From assembly GCA_038891615.1 (NCBI GenBank), contig JAWADY010000001.1, positions 170,952-234,951 of the forward strand: a DNA stretch of 64,000 bases, written 5' to 3'. Positions 37,393-46,855 of the stretch are shown piece by piece. This stretch comes from Candidatus Woesearchaeota archaeon (lineage in GTDB: Archaea; Nanobdellota; Nanobdellia; Woesearchaeales; ARS49). Below the pieces are notes generated by a model. The model saw only the letters and a program-made list of their open reading frames with translations, was not told the origin of the DNA and ran no database searches. Both the position numbers and the translations under genes were made by a program. How positions within the stretch are numbered: the first letter of the stretch is position 1; every line of letters begins with the position of its first letter.

Positions 37393-38073
37393 ATGAAGAT
37401 AGAATATGTTTGTCAAAGAAACATCGTCCGCAGCCCAACTTTTGAGGCAGTTAGTAAGTATTTTATTGCAAAAAAAAATCTGGAAGAACTGATTGAGATT
37501 TCTTCTTCAGGAATTGATGTTGATAGATTCAACAGAGGCCAGCTTAGGCCAGATGAGGTGTACAAGACTTTTGGATATTTAATTGAAGCCCAAAAGAAAA
37601 AAAAGCTGGCTGATGAGAATTTAATGCAAAAAGTTATTATAGAATACACGAATAGAATAATAAATTCGGATACAATTCTCCTTGCAAAAAAAGCCTTGAC
37701 TCTGTTTGAAGCGTATTGCGGCGAGATGCGAGATATTGCCCTTTTACAAAAGGGTATACCACTTCTGAAAGATTGGCGTTATCCCGAATCGCTAAAACAA
37801 ACAAAGGAAGGTGATGCAAAGATAATAGTTGTATTGGCAAAGGAATATATCGACTTTGTAAAAAAAATTTATTCTAACAGAAAGTCTAATGAGAAGCCAA
37901 AAATCCTTTCAATTACAGATTTTGGTGAAGAGCCAAAGGCTTATGGCTTTGAAGTAGCCGATTTTGGCGCAATTGTCGAGATTGCCTTGAAAAGCGTTCC
38001 AAATCTCATTGATTATTGCTGTACAAAAGGATATGTGCGTTTGGTAAAGCCAAATCAACTAATAGACTCTTGA
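37393..38073 (+). CDS. hypothetical protein with N-terminal low-molecular-weight phosphatase-like CX5R motif
   Basis: YVCQRNIVRSP resembles the LMW-PTP/ArsC P-loop V-C-x-G-N-x-C-R-S. The rest is unrecognised. Confidence 0.35.
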   Translation: MKIEYVCQRNIVRSPTFEAVSKYFIAKKNLEELIEISSSGIDVDRFNRGQLRPDEVYKTFGYLIEAQKKKKLADENLMQKVIIEYTNRIINSDTILLAKKALTLFEAYCGEMRDIALLQKGIPLLKDWRYPESLKQTKEGDAKIIVVLAKEYIDFVKKIYSNRKSNEKPKILSITDFGEEPKAYGFEVADFGAIVEIALKSVPNLIDYCCTKGYVRLVKPNQLIDS

Positions 38074-38264
38074 TTTCAACGAAAGCTTTATAAATGGATG
38101 CTTAACAATCTCAATTCTCAGAGCAGTCCCAAATGGTTCCAAATGCTTTCAAAAAATTCTCAACATAAAAAATGTTTCCACAAGCACATAGCCAACACAG
38201 TCAAAGTCATAAAATTAAATTAAAATTAAATAGAAGGATGAAAGTGAGTGAAGCGTCAAAAGCC

Positions 38265-38377
38265 GGGCCGGTAGCTCAACCCGGTAGAGCAGCGGACTTT
38301 TAGCGCAAATAGCATGTTACTTAAAGTGCAAAGTGTAAGCAATCCGTTGGTTGCGGGTTCAAATCCCGTCCGGCCCG
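38265..38377 (+). tRNA. tRNA-Lys (anticodon TTT) with ~39-nt intron
   Basis: Acceptor GGGCCGG/CCGGCCC. D-arm GCTC/GAGC. Anticodon stem GCGGA..TCCGT is interrupted after CTTTTA (intron 38303-38341). T-arm GCGGG-TTCAAAT-CCCGT. Discriminator G. Confidence 0.7.
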
Positions 38378-38381
38378 TTTC

Positions 38382-38507
38382 ACCGAACGCCAGCGAGGAG
38401 CGTCGCAGCAAGGGAACGAAGTGACCGTTGGCGAGACGCCCGCAGCAAGTGAGGTGAAACCACCGAACGCTAGGGAGCGTCGCAGCAAGGGAACGAAGTG
38501 ACCCTAG
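38382..38507. repeat. GC-rich tandem direct repeat (2 copies of a ~45-nt unit, core GAGCGTCGCAGCAAGGGAACGAAGTGACC exact) between tRNA-Lys and rpoH
   Basis: Copies start at 38382 and 38462. The internal sub-repeat CGCAGCAAG occurs 3 times. GC content is clearly above the surrounding sequence. Confidence 0.5.
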
Positions 38508-38518
38508 TGCGACCTGAG

Positions 38519-38532
38519 AATCAAAAATATTA
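38519..38532 (+). promoter_or_regulatory. TATA-like box (AAAAATATTAAAAG) upstream of rpoH; would give a near-leaderless transcript
   Basis: AT-rich TATA-like element about 20-25 nt upstream of the second in-frame ATG (38551, MATPKF...). Confidence 0.25.
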
Positions 38533-38541
38533 AAAGGAAAG

Positions 38542-38796
38542 ATGGTTAAAATGGCTACACCAAAGTTTGATGTAACAAAACACTTTCTTGTACCCAAGCA
38601 CATTAAGGTGAGTGAAAAGGAGCTAAAAGAGTTAACTGAAAAGTTCGCACTCGCTCCAGATTCCTTCCCGAAAATACTTGCAAGCGACCCTGCGATTGAG
38701 CACCTCAAAGCAAAAGAAGGTGATGTGATAAAAATCATTCGATGGTCCCCAACAGCTGGCGAGGCGGTGTATTACAGGCAGGTGATTAAGGGCTAA
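38542..38796 (+). CDS. rpoH: DNA-directed RNA polymerase subunit H (Rpo5)
   Basis: FDVTKHFLVPKHIKVSEKELKEL...GDVIKIIRWSPTAGEAVYYRQV is the conserved RpoH core. An alternative start is at 38551. Confidence 0.85.
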   Translation: MVKMATPKFDVTKHFLVPKHIKVSEKELKELTEKFALAPDSFPKILASDPAIEHLKAKEGDVIKIIRWSPTAGEAVYYRQVIKG

Positions 38797-38797
38797 A

Positions 38798-40303
38798 ATG
38801 TCTGCTGAAACAAGGATACTCCTCAAAAAATATTTTGAAGAAAACTCATTTGTACGCTCGGATATAGAATCCTTTAATGATTTCGTTGACCGAGAGCTGC
38901 ATAATATTGTTGAAGAAAACAAAATAATAGAACCAACAATTATCCCTCCAAATGTTGAAAAATTCCAGATAAGGCTAGACGGGATATCTGTTGAGAAGCC
39001 AGAAATTATTGAAGCAGATGGCAGCAGGAGACCCATTTATCCGACTGAGGCAAGACTAAGAAAAATAACCTACGCAGCTCCTATTTACTTAGACATCAGT
39101 TCGCACATAAATGATGTTCAGCGCGAAAGCTTCACTCCACAAATAGGAAACCTACCAATAATGCTGAAGTCAAAATACTGCCATCTTAATGGCCTTAGCG
39201 AAGAACAGCTTGTGGAAAAAGGCGAAGACCCATACGACCCAGGAGGTTATTTCATCATAAATGGCACTGAGCGCATACTTGTTCATGTAGAAGACCTTGC
39301 TGCAAACAGGTTTATCGTTGAAAAAACAGGGGGTGTCAGCGAGTATACTGGAAGAATTTTCTCTGAATGGGGAAGTTACAAAATTCCGCACACTTTAGAA
39401 ATGCTAAAAGACGGGCTTTTATACCTTAGCTTTAGCGGAAGAGCAAAGCGCATACCTCTCATAGTTGTCATAAAGGCTCTTGGCCTTATTAAGGATGAGG
39501 AAATTGTTAATTTTGTATCGCGTGAAAGGCAGTACGATGAAGTGCTTATAAACCTTTTTGAATATTCCGGCATTAAAACATCAGAGGACGCAATGGAATG
39601 GATTGCAAAAGAGATTGGTATAACACAAGCAAAGGAAGTCAGACTTGAAAGGGTTTCTGAAATTTTGGACCGATTTCTTTTGCCACACATCGGTGTATCA
39701 CAACATGCAAGAATAGCAAAGGCGTGGAACCTGTGCAAAATGATAAGAAAATATCTGGCAGTCGCCAATGGTGAAATAGAACCAGACGATAAAGATCACT
39801 ATATGAACAAGCGCCTTAAGATGGCTGGCGACCTTCTAGCAGATCTCTTTAGGGTCAATCTTAAAATAATGATAAATGACCTTCTTTACAATTTCCAACG
39901 AAGTGTTAAGCGTGGCAAGTTTCCTTCAATAAAAACCCTTGTGAGGGAGAAGCTACTAACTTCAAGGATTTATAGCGCGATGGCAACTGGCAACTGGGTT
40001 GGTGGGCGAAAGGGAATATCTCAGAGGATTCAAAGATTAAACAACCTGAATACTTTGAGTCATCTACAAAGGGTTGTTTCACCCTTATCCTCAACGCAAG
40101 AGAACTTCGAAGCAAGAGCGCTTCACCCAACACACTTAGGAAGACTTTGCCCAGTTGAAACCCCTGAAGGAATTCCGATTGGTTTGAGAAAAAATCTTTC
40201 ACTACTTGCTTCGGTTTCACTCGAGTCGCCTGAAGAAGAAATACTTAAGGTCCTGAGGTCTGCAGGCCTCAAAGAGCTCCAGCTAGAGCGACCTGGAAAG
40301 TAA
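38798..40303 (+). CDS. rpoB2: DNA-directed RNA polymerase subunit B'' (Rpo2N)
   Basis: 501 aa. Conserved Rpb2 N-terminal regions (ESFNDFV, GYFIINGTERILV). Confidence 0.95.
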   Translation: MSAETRILLKKYFEENSFVRSDIESFNDFVDRELHNIVEENKIIEPTIIPPNVEKFQIRLDGISVEKPEIIEADGSRRPIYPTEARLRKITYAAPIYLDISSHINDVQRESFTPQIGNLPIMLKSKYCHLNGLSEEQLVEKGEDPYDPGGYFIINGTERILVHVEDLAANRFIVEKTGGVSEYTGRIFSEWGSYKIPHTLEMLKDGLLYLSFSGRAKRIPLIVVIKALGLIKDEEIVNFVSRERQYDEVLINLFEYSGIKTSEDAMEWIAKEIGITQAKEVRLERVSEILDRFLLPHIGVSQHARIAKAWNLCKMIRKYLAVANGEIEPDDKDHYMNKRLKMAGDLLADLFRVNLKIMINDLLYNFQRSVKRGKFPSIKTLVREKLLTSRIYSAMATGNWVGGRKGISQRIQRLNNLNTLSHLQRVVSPLSSTQENFEARALHPTHLGRLCPVETPEGIPIGLRKNLSLLASVSLESPEEEILKVLRSAGLKELQLERPGK

Positions 40304-40307
40304 CAAA

Positions 40308-42110
40308 ATGACAGAAGTTTATCTTAATGGCAAGTTTGTCGGCGATGTTGAAAGTCCTGAAGATTTCATTAGACACATAAAAAGTGAAAGAAGGAAAGGA
40401 TTGATAACCCAGAATCTTAATGTCTATTATGACAAAAGGCTCGAGAGGATTGAAGTTGAAGCAGGTCATGGAAGGGTTAGACGACCATTGATAGTTGTGC
40501 GCGATGGCCAACCTCTTCTAACAGAAAAGCACATCAAACAACTTGAAGCAGGAGAAATAAAGTGGAGCGATCTTATCAGACAGGGAGTGATAGAGTATCT
40601 TGACGCGTCTGAAGAAGAAGATGCGCTTGTTGCATTTTCTCCAAAAGAGCTAACGCCAGAACACACTCATCTCGAGATTACCCCACTTGCAATGCTTGGC
40701 CTTGTAACAAGCCTTGTACCATATGCAAACTTCATCATGCCAGTTAGATTGATAATCGGTTCAAAAAATCTCCGACAATCAATAGGTTTTTACACAGCGA
40801 ATTATCCGTTGCGGATGGATATGGACATAGGTCTGTTGCACTATCCACAAGTTCCAATTGTAAAAACAGCCATGCATGACATTTCACACTATGAACGCTA
40901 TCCAGCGGGCCAAAACATTGTTATTGCTGTGATTGGGTATGAAGGCTATAATATGGAAGATGCAATAGTCATTAACAAAGGTAGCATCCAACGCGGTTTT
41001 GGAAGGTCGACCTATTTCCGTCCTGTCATAAGCGAAGAGTTACGCTATTCAGGAGGTCTAATGGATAGGATCTGCATACCTGATAAAGATGTCAAGGGCT
41101 ATAGATCTGAAAAAGATTACAGATTTCTTGAAGATGATGGAATTGTTTATCCAGAAGCCAGGGTAAAAGAAGGAGACGTCGTCATTGGAAAAACCTCCCC
41201 ACCAAGGTTCTTAAGCGCATTTGAGGAGTATGGGCTGGCTGCAAACATAAGAAGGGAAAGCTCAGAAGTGCTAAAGCATGGCGAGGGAGGGATTGTTGAT
41301 TTTGTACTAATTACTGAAAACGAGGAAGGCAACAAATCAGTGCAGGTGAGAATAAGGGATCAAATGATACCTGAAATTGGGGATAAATTCATTTCAAGAC
41401 ATTCCCAAAAAGGTGTTGTTGGATTAATTGTTCCGGAGAGCGACATGCCCTTTACCGCTTCAGGAATCAGGCCTGACATACTTTTTAGTCCACATTCGAT
41501 ACCTTCAAGAATGACTATATCGCATCTCCTTGAGCTTATTGGAGCAAAGGTTGGCGCGCTTGCCGGAAGGGAAGTAGATGCAACAGCCTTTGAAGGCGAG
41601 CCGGAAGAAGCGCTGAGACAGGAACTTCTTAGATTAGGTTTCAACGAGAAAGGTATTGAGACGATGTATAATGGAATTACCGGCGAACAATACAAAGTAA
41701 AAATATTCGTTGGCCCTATGTACTACTTGAAACTTAAGCATCTTGTTGCCAACAAGATACAGTCCAGGGCACGTGGGCCAATCCAGTTGCTTACAAGGCA
41801 GCCAACTGAAGGGCGGGCAAAAGAGGGAGGGCTGAGACTTGGAGAGATGGAAAAGGACACCTTTGTGGCGCACGGGGCTGCACTCCTGCTAAAAGAGCGT
41901 TTTGATTCTGATAAGACGGTAGTTCCAGTGTGTGAAAATTGCGGGCTAATTGCCATCCACGACAGCTATAAGAAAAAACGCTATTGCCTGGTTTGTGGTG
42001 AAAATGTTGAGATAAATGATATTGAAATTAGCTATGCTTTCAAACTTATGCTTGACGAACTAAAAGCTATGGGAATTTATCCGAAAATGAGTCTTAAAAC
42101 AAAATACTGA
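40308..42110 (+). CDS. rpoB1: DNA-directed RNA polymerase subunit B' (Rpo2C)
   Basis: 600 aa. GYNMEDAIVINKGSIQRG, SRHSQKGV and the C-terminal zinc ribbon CENCGLIA...CLVCG. Confidence 0.95.
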   Translation: MTEVYLNGKFVGDVESPEDFIRHIKSERRKGLITQNLNVYYDKRLERIEVEAGHGRVRRPLIVVRDGQPLLTEKHIKQLEAGEIKWSDLIRQGVIEYLDASEEEDALVAFSPKELTPEHTHLEITPLAMLGLVTSLVPYANFIMPVRLIIGSKNLRQSIGFYTANYPLRMDMDIGLLHYPQVPIVKTAMHDISHYERYPAGQNIVIAVIGYEGYNMEDAIVINKGSIQRGFGRSTYFRPVISEELRYSGGLMDRICIPDKDVKGYRSEKDYRFLEDDGIVYPEARVKEGDVVIGKTSPPRFLSAFEEYGLAANIRRESSEVLKHGEGGIVDFVLITENEEGNKSVQVRIRDQMIPEIGDKFISRHSQKGVVGLIVPESDMPFTASGIRPDILFSPHSIPSRMTISHLLELIGAKVGALAGREVDATAFEGEPEEALRQELLRLGFNEKGIETMYNGITGEQYKVKIFVGPMYYLKLKHLVANKIQSRARGPIQLLTRQPTEGRAKEGGLRLGEMEKDTFVAHGAALLLKERFDSDKTVVPVCENCGLIAIHDSYKKKRYCLVCGENVEINDIEISYAFKLMLDELKAMGIYPKMSLKTKY

Positions 42111-42139
42111 AAAGGCACAAAAAATAAAATAACAGCAAA

Positions 42140-44923
42140 ATGCCAAAAGCAAATCAGGAAGAATCAAGAAGGATTATCAAAGAAGAGGTTGTCTCTGAAG
42201 CACCAAAAAATGTTGCTGCTGAAGGGGCGAGTGAAAAGGCTATGGAAAAGGTTACAGAAGAAGCAGTCCGACTAGAGGGACAAGCAGTTAAGCCCGATGA
42301 GGGAGCAGCAAAAGAAGCTGTTGCAGAGGCGGAGAAAAAGCCAACGGAGGAGTTCTACGAAGAACACATCTTCAAGAAAATAGATATGCTACAATTTGGG
42401 ATGTTATCACCAAAGATGATAAAAAAGATGGCGGCTGCTAAAATAGTAACACCCGAGCTTTACGACAAAGAGGGCTATCCTGTTGATGGAGGGCTAATGG
42501 ATGTCCGATTAGGCGTTATTGATCCAGGCTTGCGCTGCAAGACTTGTGGCTCAAAGTTGAAGGACTGTGTTGGGCACTTCGGCTACATCGAACTTGCCAG
42601 ACCAGTCATACATGTGAAATTTGTTCCAATCATTGATATTCTTCTTAAGTCCGTATGCAAGGAATGTAGTAGGGTTTTGATACCAGAGCCAAAGCTTGAA
42701 AGTGCACGCGGTTATCTCAACAATGTTGAAGAGCGCGAAGGTATTGAAGCCAGGATGATGGCGGCAAAAGAGCTTATCACAAGATTGAAAATAAAAGTTT
42801 GCCCTTATTGCAAGAAGAAGATAGGAAAGATAACCCTTGAAAAACCAACCACATTTATTGAAGGAGAAAAAAGGCTTTCTCCGATTGAGATAAGGGCAAT
42901 ATTTGAAAACATGAAGGATGAGGATTTGGAACTTCTTGGCTTGGATCCTAAAAGTGCAAGGCCTGAGTGGATGATACTGACAGTTCTTCCTGTTCCTCCT
43001 GTGACAATGAGGCCAAGCATAACGCTTGAATCTGGAGAACGCTCAGAAGACGACCTCACCCACAAGCTAGGAGATATTGTCAGGATAAATCAGAGACTTT
43101 TTGAGAACATAAACGCAGGAGCTCCAGAAGTTATCATCGAAGACCTATGGGATTTGTTGCAATACCACATCACGACATATTTTGACAATTCAATACCACA
43201 ACTTCCACCAGCAAGGCATAGGTCCGGTCAGCCTCTCAAGACGCTTACTGAGAGGATAAAATCAAAAGAGGGAAGGATAAGGCATAATCTCGCTGGAAAG
43301 AGGACAAACTTTTGTGCAAGGACGGTCATAAGCCCCGATCCCTTGCTTGAAATTGACGAGGTTGGAGTGCCCATAACGGTTGCACTAAAGGTGACAGTTG
43401 CTGAAACCGTTCAACCGTGGAATATTGATTATCTGAAAAAGTTTGTAGAAAGAGGACCAAGAGAATATCCAGGCGCCAACTATGTCATAAGGCCTGATGG
43501 AAAGAGAAAAAAGATAACCGATGAAACAAAACAGGCCCTTCTTGAAGAACTTGCACCTGGTTATGTTGTTGAAAGACACCTTATTGACGGAGACATTGGT
43601 GTCTTGAACAGACAGCCATCCTTGCACAAAATGTCAATGATGTGCCATAGGATAAAGGTATTGCCCTACAGAACATTTAGAATAAATCCATGTGTATGCG
43701 CGCCATATGCAGCAGACTTTGATGGTGATGAAATGAATCTCCATGTACCTCAAACAGAGGAAAGCCGCGCAGAGGCCGAGTTGCTGATGCAAGTACAAAC
43801 ACAAGTGATAAGCCCAAGGTATGGTCTATCAATCATCGGCTGCATACAGGACGCAATAACAGGAAATTATCTTCTTACAAGTTCAAAGGAACCATTTTCC
43901 ATTGAAGAAGCGGCATCGCTTCTTATTTCTGTTGGTGTGACCGACTTCTCAAGGTTGCCTAATAAAAAATCTGTAACTGGCAAAGAGATTTTTAGCGTCC
44001 TTCTGCCAAAGGATCTTGATTTTGTGGGGAAGTCAAAAAAGGGTGAAAACGTTGTAATAAAAAATGGATGGCTGGTAGAAGGAACTATCGATGTTGCAAC
44101 TATTGGAGGAGAAGGAGAAGGGATTCTCCTTAGAACGCTACACCAAAAATATGGTGCAAAAAACGCTATTGAGATTCTTCACAAGATATTCATGCTTGGA
44201 AATGAATACCTTATGCGTAGAGGTTTCACTACAGGAATTGCTGATACCGACCTTACGGAAGTTGGCAAAGAAGCGATAATGACTCTGCTAAGCGAGGCTG
44301 AATTGGATGTGCAAAAGCTCATCCAAATCTATGCCGAAGGTAAGCTCGAAGCGTTCCCAGGCCGTACACTTGAAGAAACGCTAGAACTCAAGATACTTGA
44401 ACTTTTGAACAGGGTGAGAAATAAGTGTGGGCTTGTCGTAAGTGAGATAACTCCGTCGGATAACGCAACAAAGATAATGGCAGACTCAGGTGCGCGAGGA
44501 AGCTTGCTTAATCTTACAATGATGGCTGCTTGTGTTGGACAGCAGGCTCTGCGCGGAAAAAGAATAAGTTATGGTTATAAGGGCAGAACTCTATCGACTT
44601 TTAAGCGCGGAGACCTTGGACCTGACGCAAGAGGCTTCATAAGGTCGAGCTACAAATCAGGGTTAAATCCAAAAGAATTCTTTTTTGGAGCAATCACCGG
44701 CAGGGATAGCCTTATGGACACCGCGCTAAGAACCCCTAAGTCAGGATACCTTTACAGACGCCTTGCAAACGCCCTTCAAGATATCAAGGTAGAATATGAT
44801 GGTACTGTAAGGGATGCTACTGGCAGAATAATCCAATTTGAGTATGGTGAAGATGGTCTTGACGTCTCAAAAACAGAACAAGGAAAAATAAATGTGGATA
44901 GGATAATTGCGATACTTGGTTGA
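42140..44923 (+). CDS. rpoA1: DNA-directed RNA polymerase subunit A' (Rpo1N), with unusual ~80-aa acidic/Ala-Lys-rich N-terminal extension
   Basis: Conserved core FGMLSPKMIKKM, zinc motif CKTCGSKLKDCVGHFGYIEL and NADFDGDEMNLHVPQT (active-site DxDGD). The start at 42140 is the only in-frame ATG upstream of the conserved region other than Met35 and Met83. Confidence 0.95.
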   Translation: MPKANQEESRRIIKEEVVSEAPKNVAAEGASEKAMEKVTEEAVRLEGQAVKPDEGAAKEAVAEAEKKPTEEFYEEHIFKKIDMLQFGMLSPKMIKKMAAAKIVTPELYDKEGYPVDGGLMDVRLGVIDPGLRCKTCGSKLKDCVGHFGYIELARPVIHVKFVPIIDILLKSVCKECSRVLIPEPKLESARGYLNNVEEREGIEARMMAAKELITRLKIKVCPYCKKKIGKITLEKPTTFIEGEKRLSPIEIRAIFENMKDEDLELLGLDPKSARPEWMILTVLPVPPVTMRPSITLESGERSEDDLTHKLGDIVRINQRLFENINAGAPEVIIEDLWDLLQYHITTYFDNSIPQLPPARHRSGQPLKTLTERIKSKEGRIRHNLAGKRTNFCARTVISPDPLLEIDEVGVPITVALKVTVAETVQPWNIDYLKKFVERGPREYPGANYVIRPDGKRKKITDETKQALLEELAPGYVVERHLIDGDIGVLNRQPSLHKMSMMCHRIKVLPYRTFRINPCVCAPYAADFDGDEMNLHVPQTEESRAEAELLMQVQTQVISPRYGLSIIGCIQDAITGNYLLTSSKEPFSIEEAASLLISVGVTDFSRLPNKKSVTGKEIFSVLLPKDLDFVGKSKKGENVVIKNGWLVEGTIDVATIGGEGEGILLRTLHQKYGAKNAIEILHKIFMLGNEYLMRRGFTTGIADTDLTEVGKEAIMTLLSEAELDVQKLIQIYAEGKLEAFPGRTLEETLELKILELLNRVRNKCGLVVSEITPSDNATKIMADSGARGSLLNLTMMAACVGQQALRGKRISYGYKGRTLSTFKRGDLGPDARGFIRSSYKSGLNPKEFFFGAITGRDSLMDTALRTPKSGYLYRRLANALQDIKVEYDGTVRDATGRIIQFEYGEDGLDVSKTEQGKINVDRIIAILG

Positions 44924-44930
44924 GGTGAAA

Positions 44931-46091
44931 ATGCATCCAGAACTAGAAAAATACAAGGGCCTGATGCCTCCTTCCATTCTTGCCGAAATCGAAGAGAAGT
45001 GTCCAGCAAGCAAAATAAAAAAGGTTGCGGAGAAGGTTTATGAAGAATACAAAAGTGCAAGGATTGATGCAGGGGAAGCGATTGGCATTGTGACAGCAGA
45101 ATCACTTGGAGAGCCAGGCACCCAGATGACTTTGAATGTTTTCCACTTCGCAGGAGTTTCTGAAATGAATGTTACAATGGGCTTGCCAAGACTTATAGAG
45201 ATATTTGACGGTAGAAAAACACCAACCACACCAATGATGGAAATATATTTGAAAAGTCCTTACAATAGCGGCAAGAACATTCGTGAGCTTGCGCTTTCAA
45301 TCAAAGAAACAAAACTTGGGGAACTTGTGCCGGAGTTTGTCATGAACATAGTCGATATGACAATCGAGGTCTCTCCGAATCCTGAAAAGCTAAAAAGCAG
45401 AGGACTGACTCTTGCACAGGTTGCAAAAGCTATAGAGACAGGGGTGCGCGAGGCAAGCACAAAGCTAAAGGAGGGCGTGATTATCATAAAGCCAAAGAAG
45501 TCTGAAGAGCAGACGCTGAATGCTTTGTACAGACTCAGGGAAAAACTCAAGGAAGTTTACGTCCACGGCGTGAAAGGAATAAACCAGGTCCTTCCTGTGA
45601 AAAGAAAGGATGAGTATGTTATAATCACTTCAGGCTCAAATCTTAGGAAGATTCTTGAGCTCGACTTTGTGGACCAAACAAGAACAACCACCAACGACAT
45701 CTTTGAGATAGCTGAAGTACTTGGAATTGAAGCGGCCCGCAGAGCAATCCTCGAAGAGGTAAACAAAGTCGTTGCAGCGCAAGGACTTAATGTTGATATC
45801 CGTCACATCATGCTTGTTGCAGATACGATGTGTGCGGGCGGAACAATAAAAGGTGTAACACGCTATGGGGTTGTAAGTGAGAAAGCAAGTGTTCTTGCGA
45901 GAGCTTCCTTCGAAACTCCAATAAAGCACATCATCGATGCGTCGCTCATTGGTGAGGTGGATGAGCTGAATTCTATTGTTGAAAATGTTATGATTAACCA
46001 GCCAATGCCTGTTGGCACGGGCCTTCCAAGTCTTGTCACAAAAATAATAAAGGAAGCTATGGCAAAGCCTGAAGGAAAGGAGAAAGAGTGA
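44931..46091 (+). CDS. rpoA2: DNA-directed RNA polymerase subunit A'' (Rpo1C)
   Basis: About 386 aa. Conserved trigger-loop region. ATG 44931 is preceded by GGTGA. The ORF track begins at 44907, overlapping rpoA'. Confidence 0.9.
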   Translation: MHPELEKYKGLMPPSILAEIEEKCPASKIKKVAEKVYEEYKSARIDAGEAIGIVTAESLGEPGTQMTLNVFHFAGVSEMNVTMGLPRLIEIFDGRKTPTTPMMEIYLKSPYNSGKNIRELALSIKETKLGELVPEFVMNIVDMTIEVSPNPEKLKSRGLTLAQVAKAIETGVREASTKLKEGVIIIKPKKSEEQTLNALYRLREKLKEVYVHGVKGINQVLPVKRKDEYVIITSGSNLRKILELDFVDQTRTTTNDIFEIAEVLGIEAARRAILEEVNKVVAAQGLNVDIRHIMLVADTMCAGGTIKGVTRYGVVSEKASVLARASFETPIKHIIDASLIGEVDELNSIVENVMINQPMPVGTGLPSLVTKIIKEAMAKPEGKEKE

Positions 46092-46367
46092 ATGGCAGAG
46101 GATGTCATTTCTGAAATAAAAAAAGCTGTCGAAACAGGAAAAGCAATTATCGGCAAAAAGGCAACTTTGAAAGCTCTCAGAGCTGGAAGGCTTTCTAAAG
46201 TTTTCATCACTTCGAACTGTCCAAAAGATTTAAAGGAAACTATCGAAAGATATAGCTTAGTTGCAAAGACTGAGATTATTCGACTTCCTTTTCCAAACAC
46301 GGAGCTTGGGACTGTTTGTAGAAAACCTTTTTCTGTTTCAGTGATTGGTTACAGGCGGGAGAAATGA
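46092..46367 (+). CDS. rpl30e: 50S ribosomal protein L30e
   Basis: 91 aa. KAIIGKKATLKALRAGRLSKVFITSNCP is the L30e/L7Ae fold signature. Canonical position after rpoA''. Confidence 0.9.
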   Translation: MAEDVISEIKKAVETGKAIIGKKATLKALRAGRLSKVFITSNCPKDLKETIERYSLVAKTEIIRLPFPNTELGTVCRKPFSVSVIGYRREK

Positions 46368-46402
46368 TAGTTTTAGGAGAGCTTGAAAAATAGCAAGAAA
46401 AA

Positions 46403-46816
46403 ATGAGAATAAAATACGGCGCAAAAGAAATAGGTTACATGTCAGTTTTTGAAGGAACAACTGGCGCAAAAGCGATTGATTGCATCGTAATCAAAGATAT
46501 GGCATTTTTTGTTGTGAAAAGCGAAGAGGTTTCAAAAGCCATCGGGAAGGGTGGTGAGAACATACACCTTCTTGAGAGACTGCTTAGAAAACGTGTCAAG
46601 GTTGCACCACTCTATGACGATGTGGCAAGATTTATAAAGGGACTTGTTTCGCCATTAAAAATAGCCCAATTCAGGATGGAGGGTAACATTGCGGTCATCA
46701 CCCCTCCTGATCTAAAAACAAGGGGCTTTTTGATAGGAAGAGCAGCAACAAACCTTCGCATGCTGGAAGCTGTTGTCAAAAGGCACTTCAAGATAGAAGA
46801 AATAAAGGTTGAATAA
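46403..46816 (+). CDS. nusA: transcription termination/antitermination factor NusA (archaeal, two KH domains)
   Basis: 137 aa. KAIGKGGENIHLLERLL is the KH GxxG motif. Canonical position. Confidence 0.85.
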   Translation: MRIKYGAKEIGYMSVFEGTTGAKAIDCIVIKDMAFFVVKSEEVSKAIGKGGENIHLLERLLRKRVKVAPLYDDVARFIKGLVSPLKIAQFRMEGNIAVITPPDLKTRGFLIGRAATNLRMLEAVVKRHFKIEEIKVE

Positions 46817-46855
46817 AAAACGCATTGTCTCGCGTGAAAATTTCCAACAAAAACA

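Noticed and set aside
38382-38507. Possible CRISPR array
   Set aside because: Only two repeat copies, which are about 45 nt and imperfect at the ends. There are no regularly sized spacers and no cas genes nearby. Reported instead as a tandem repeat/putative ncRNA.
38256-38738. 160-aa minus-strand ORF
   Set aside because: It spans tRNA-Lys, the GC-rich repeat block and the 5' part of rpoH on the opposite strand. It is an artefact of GC-rich repeats lacking stops.
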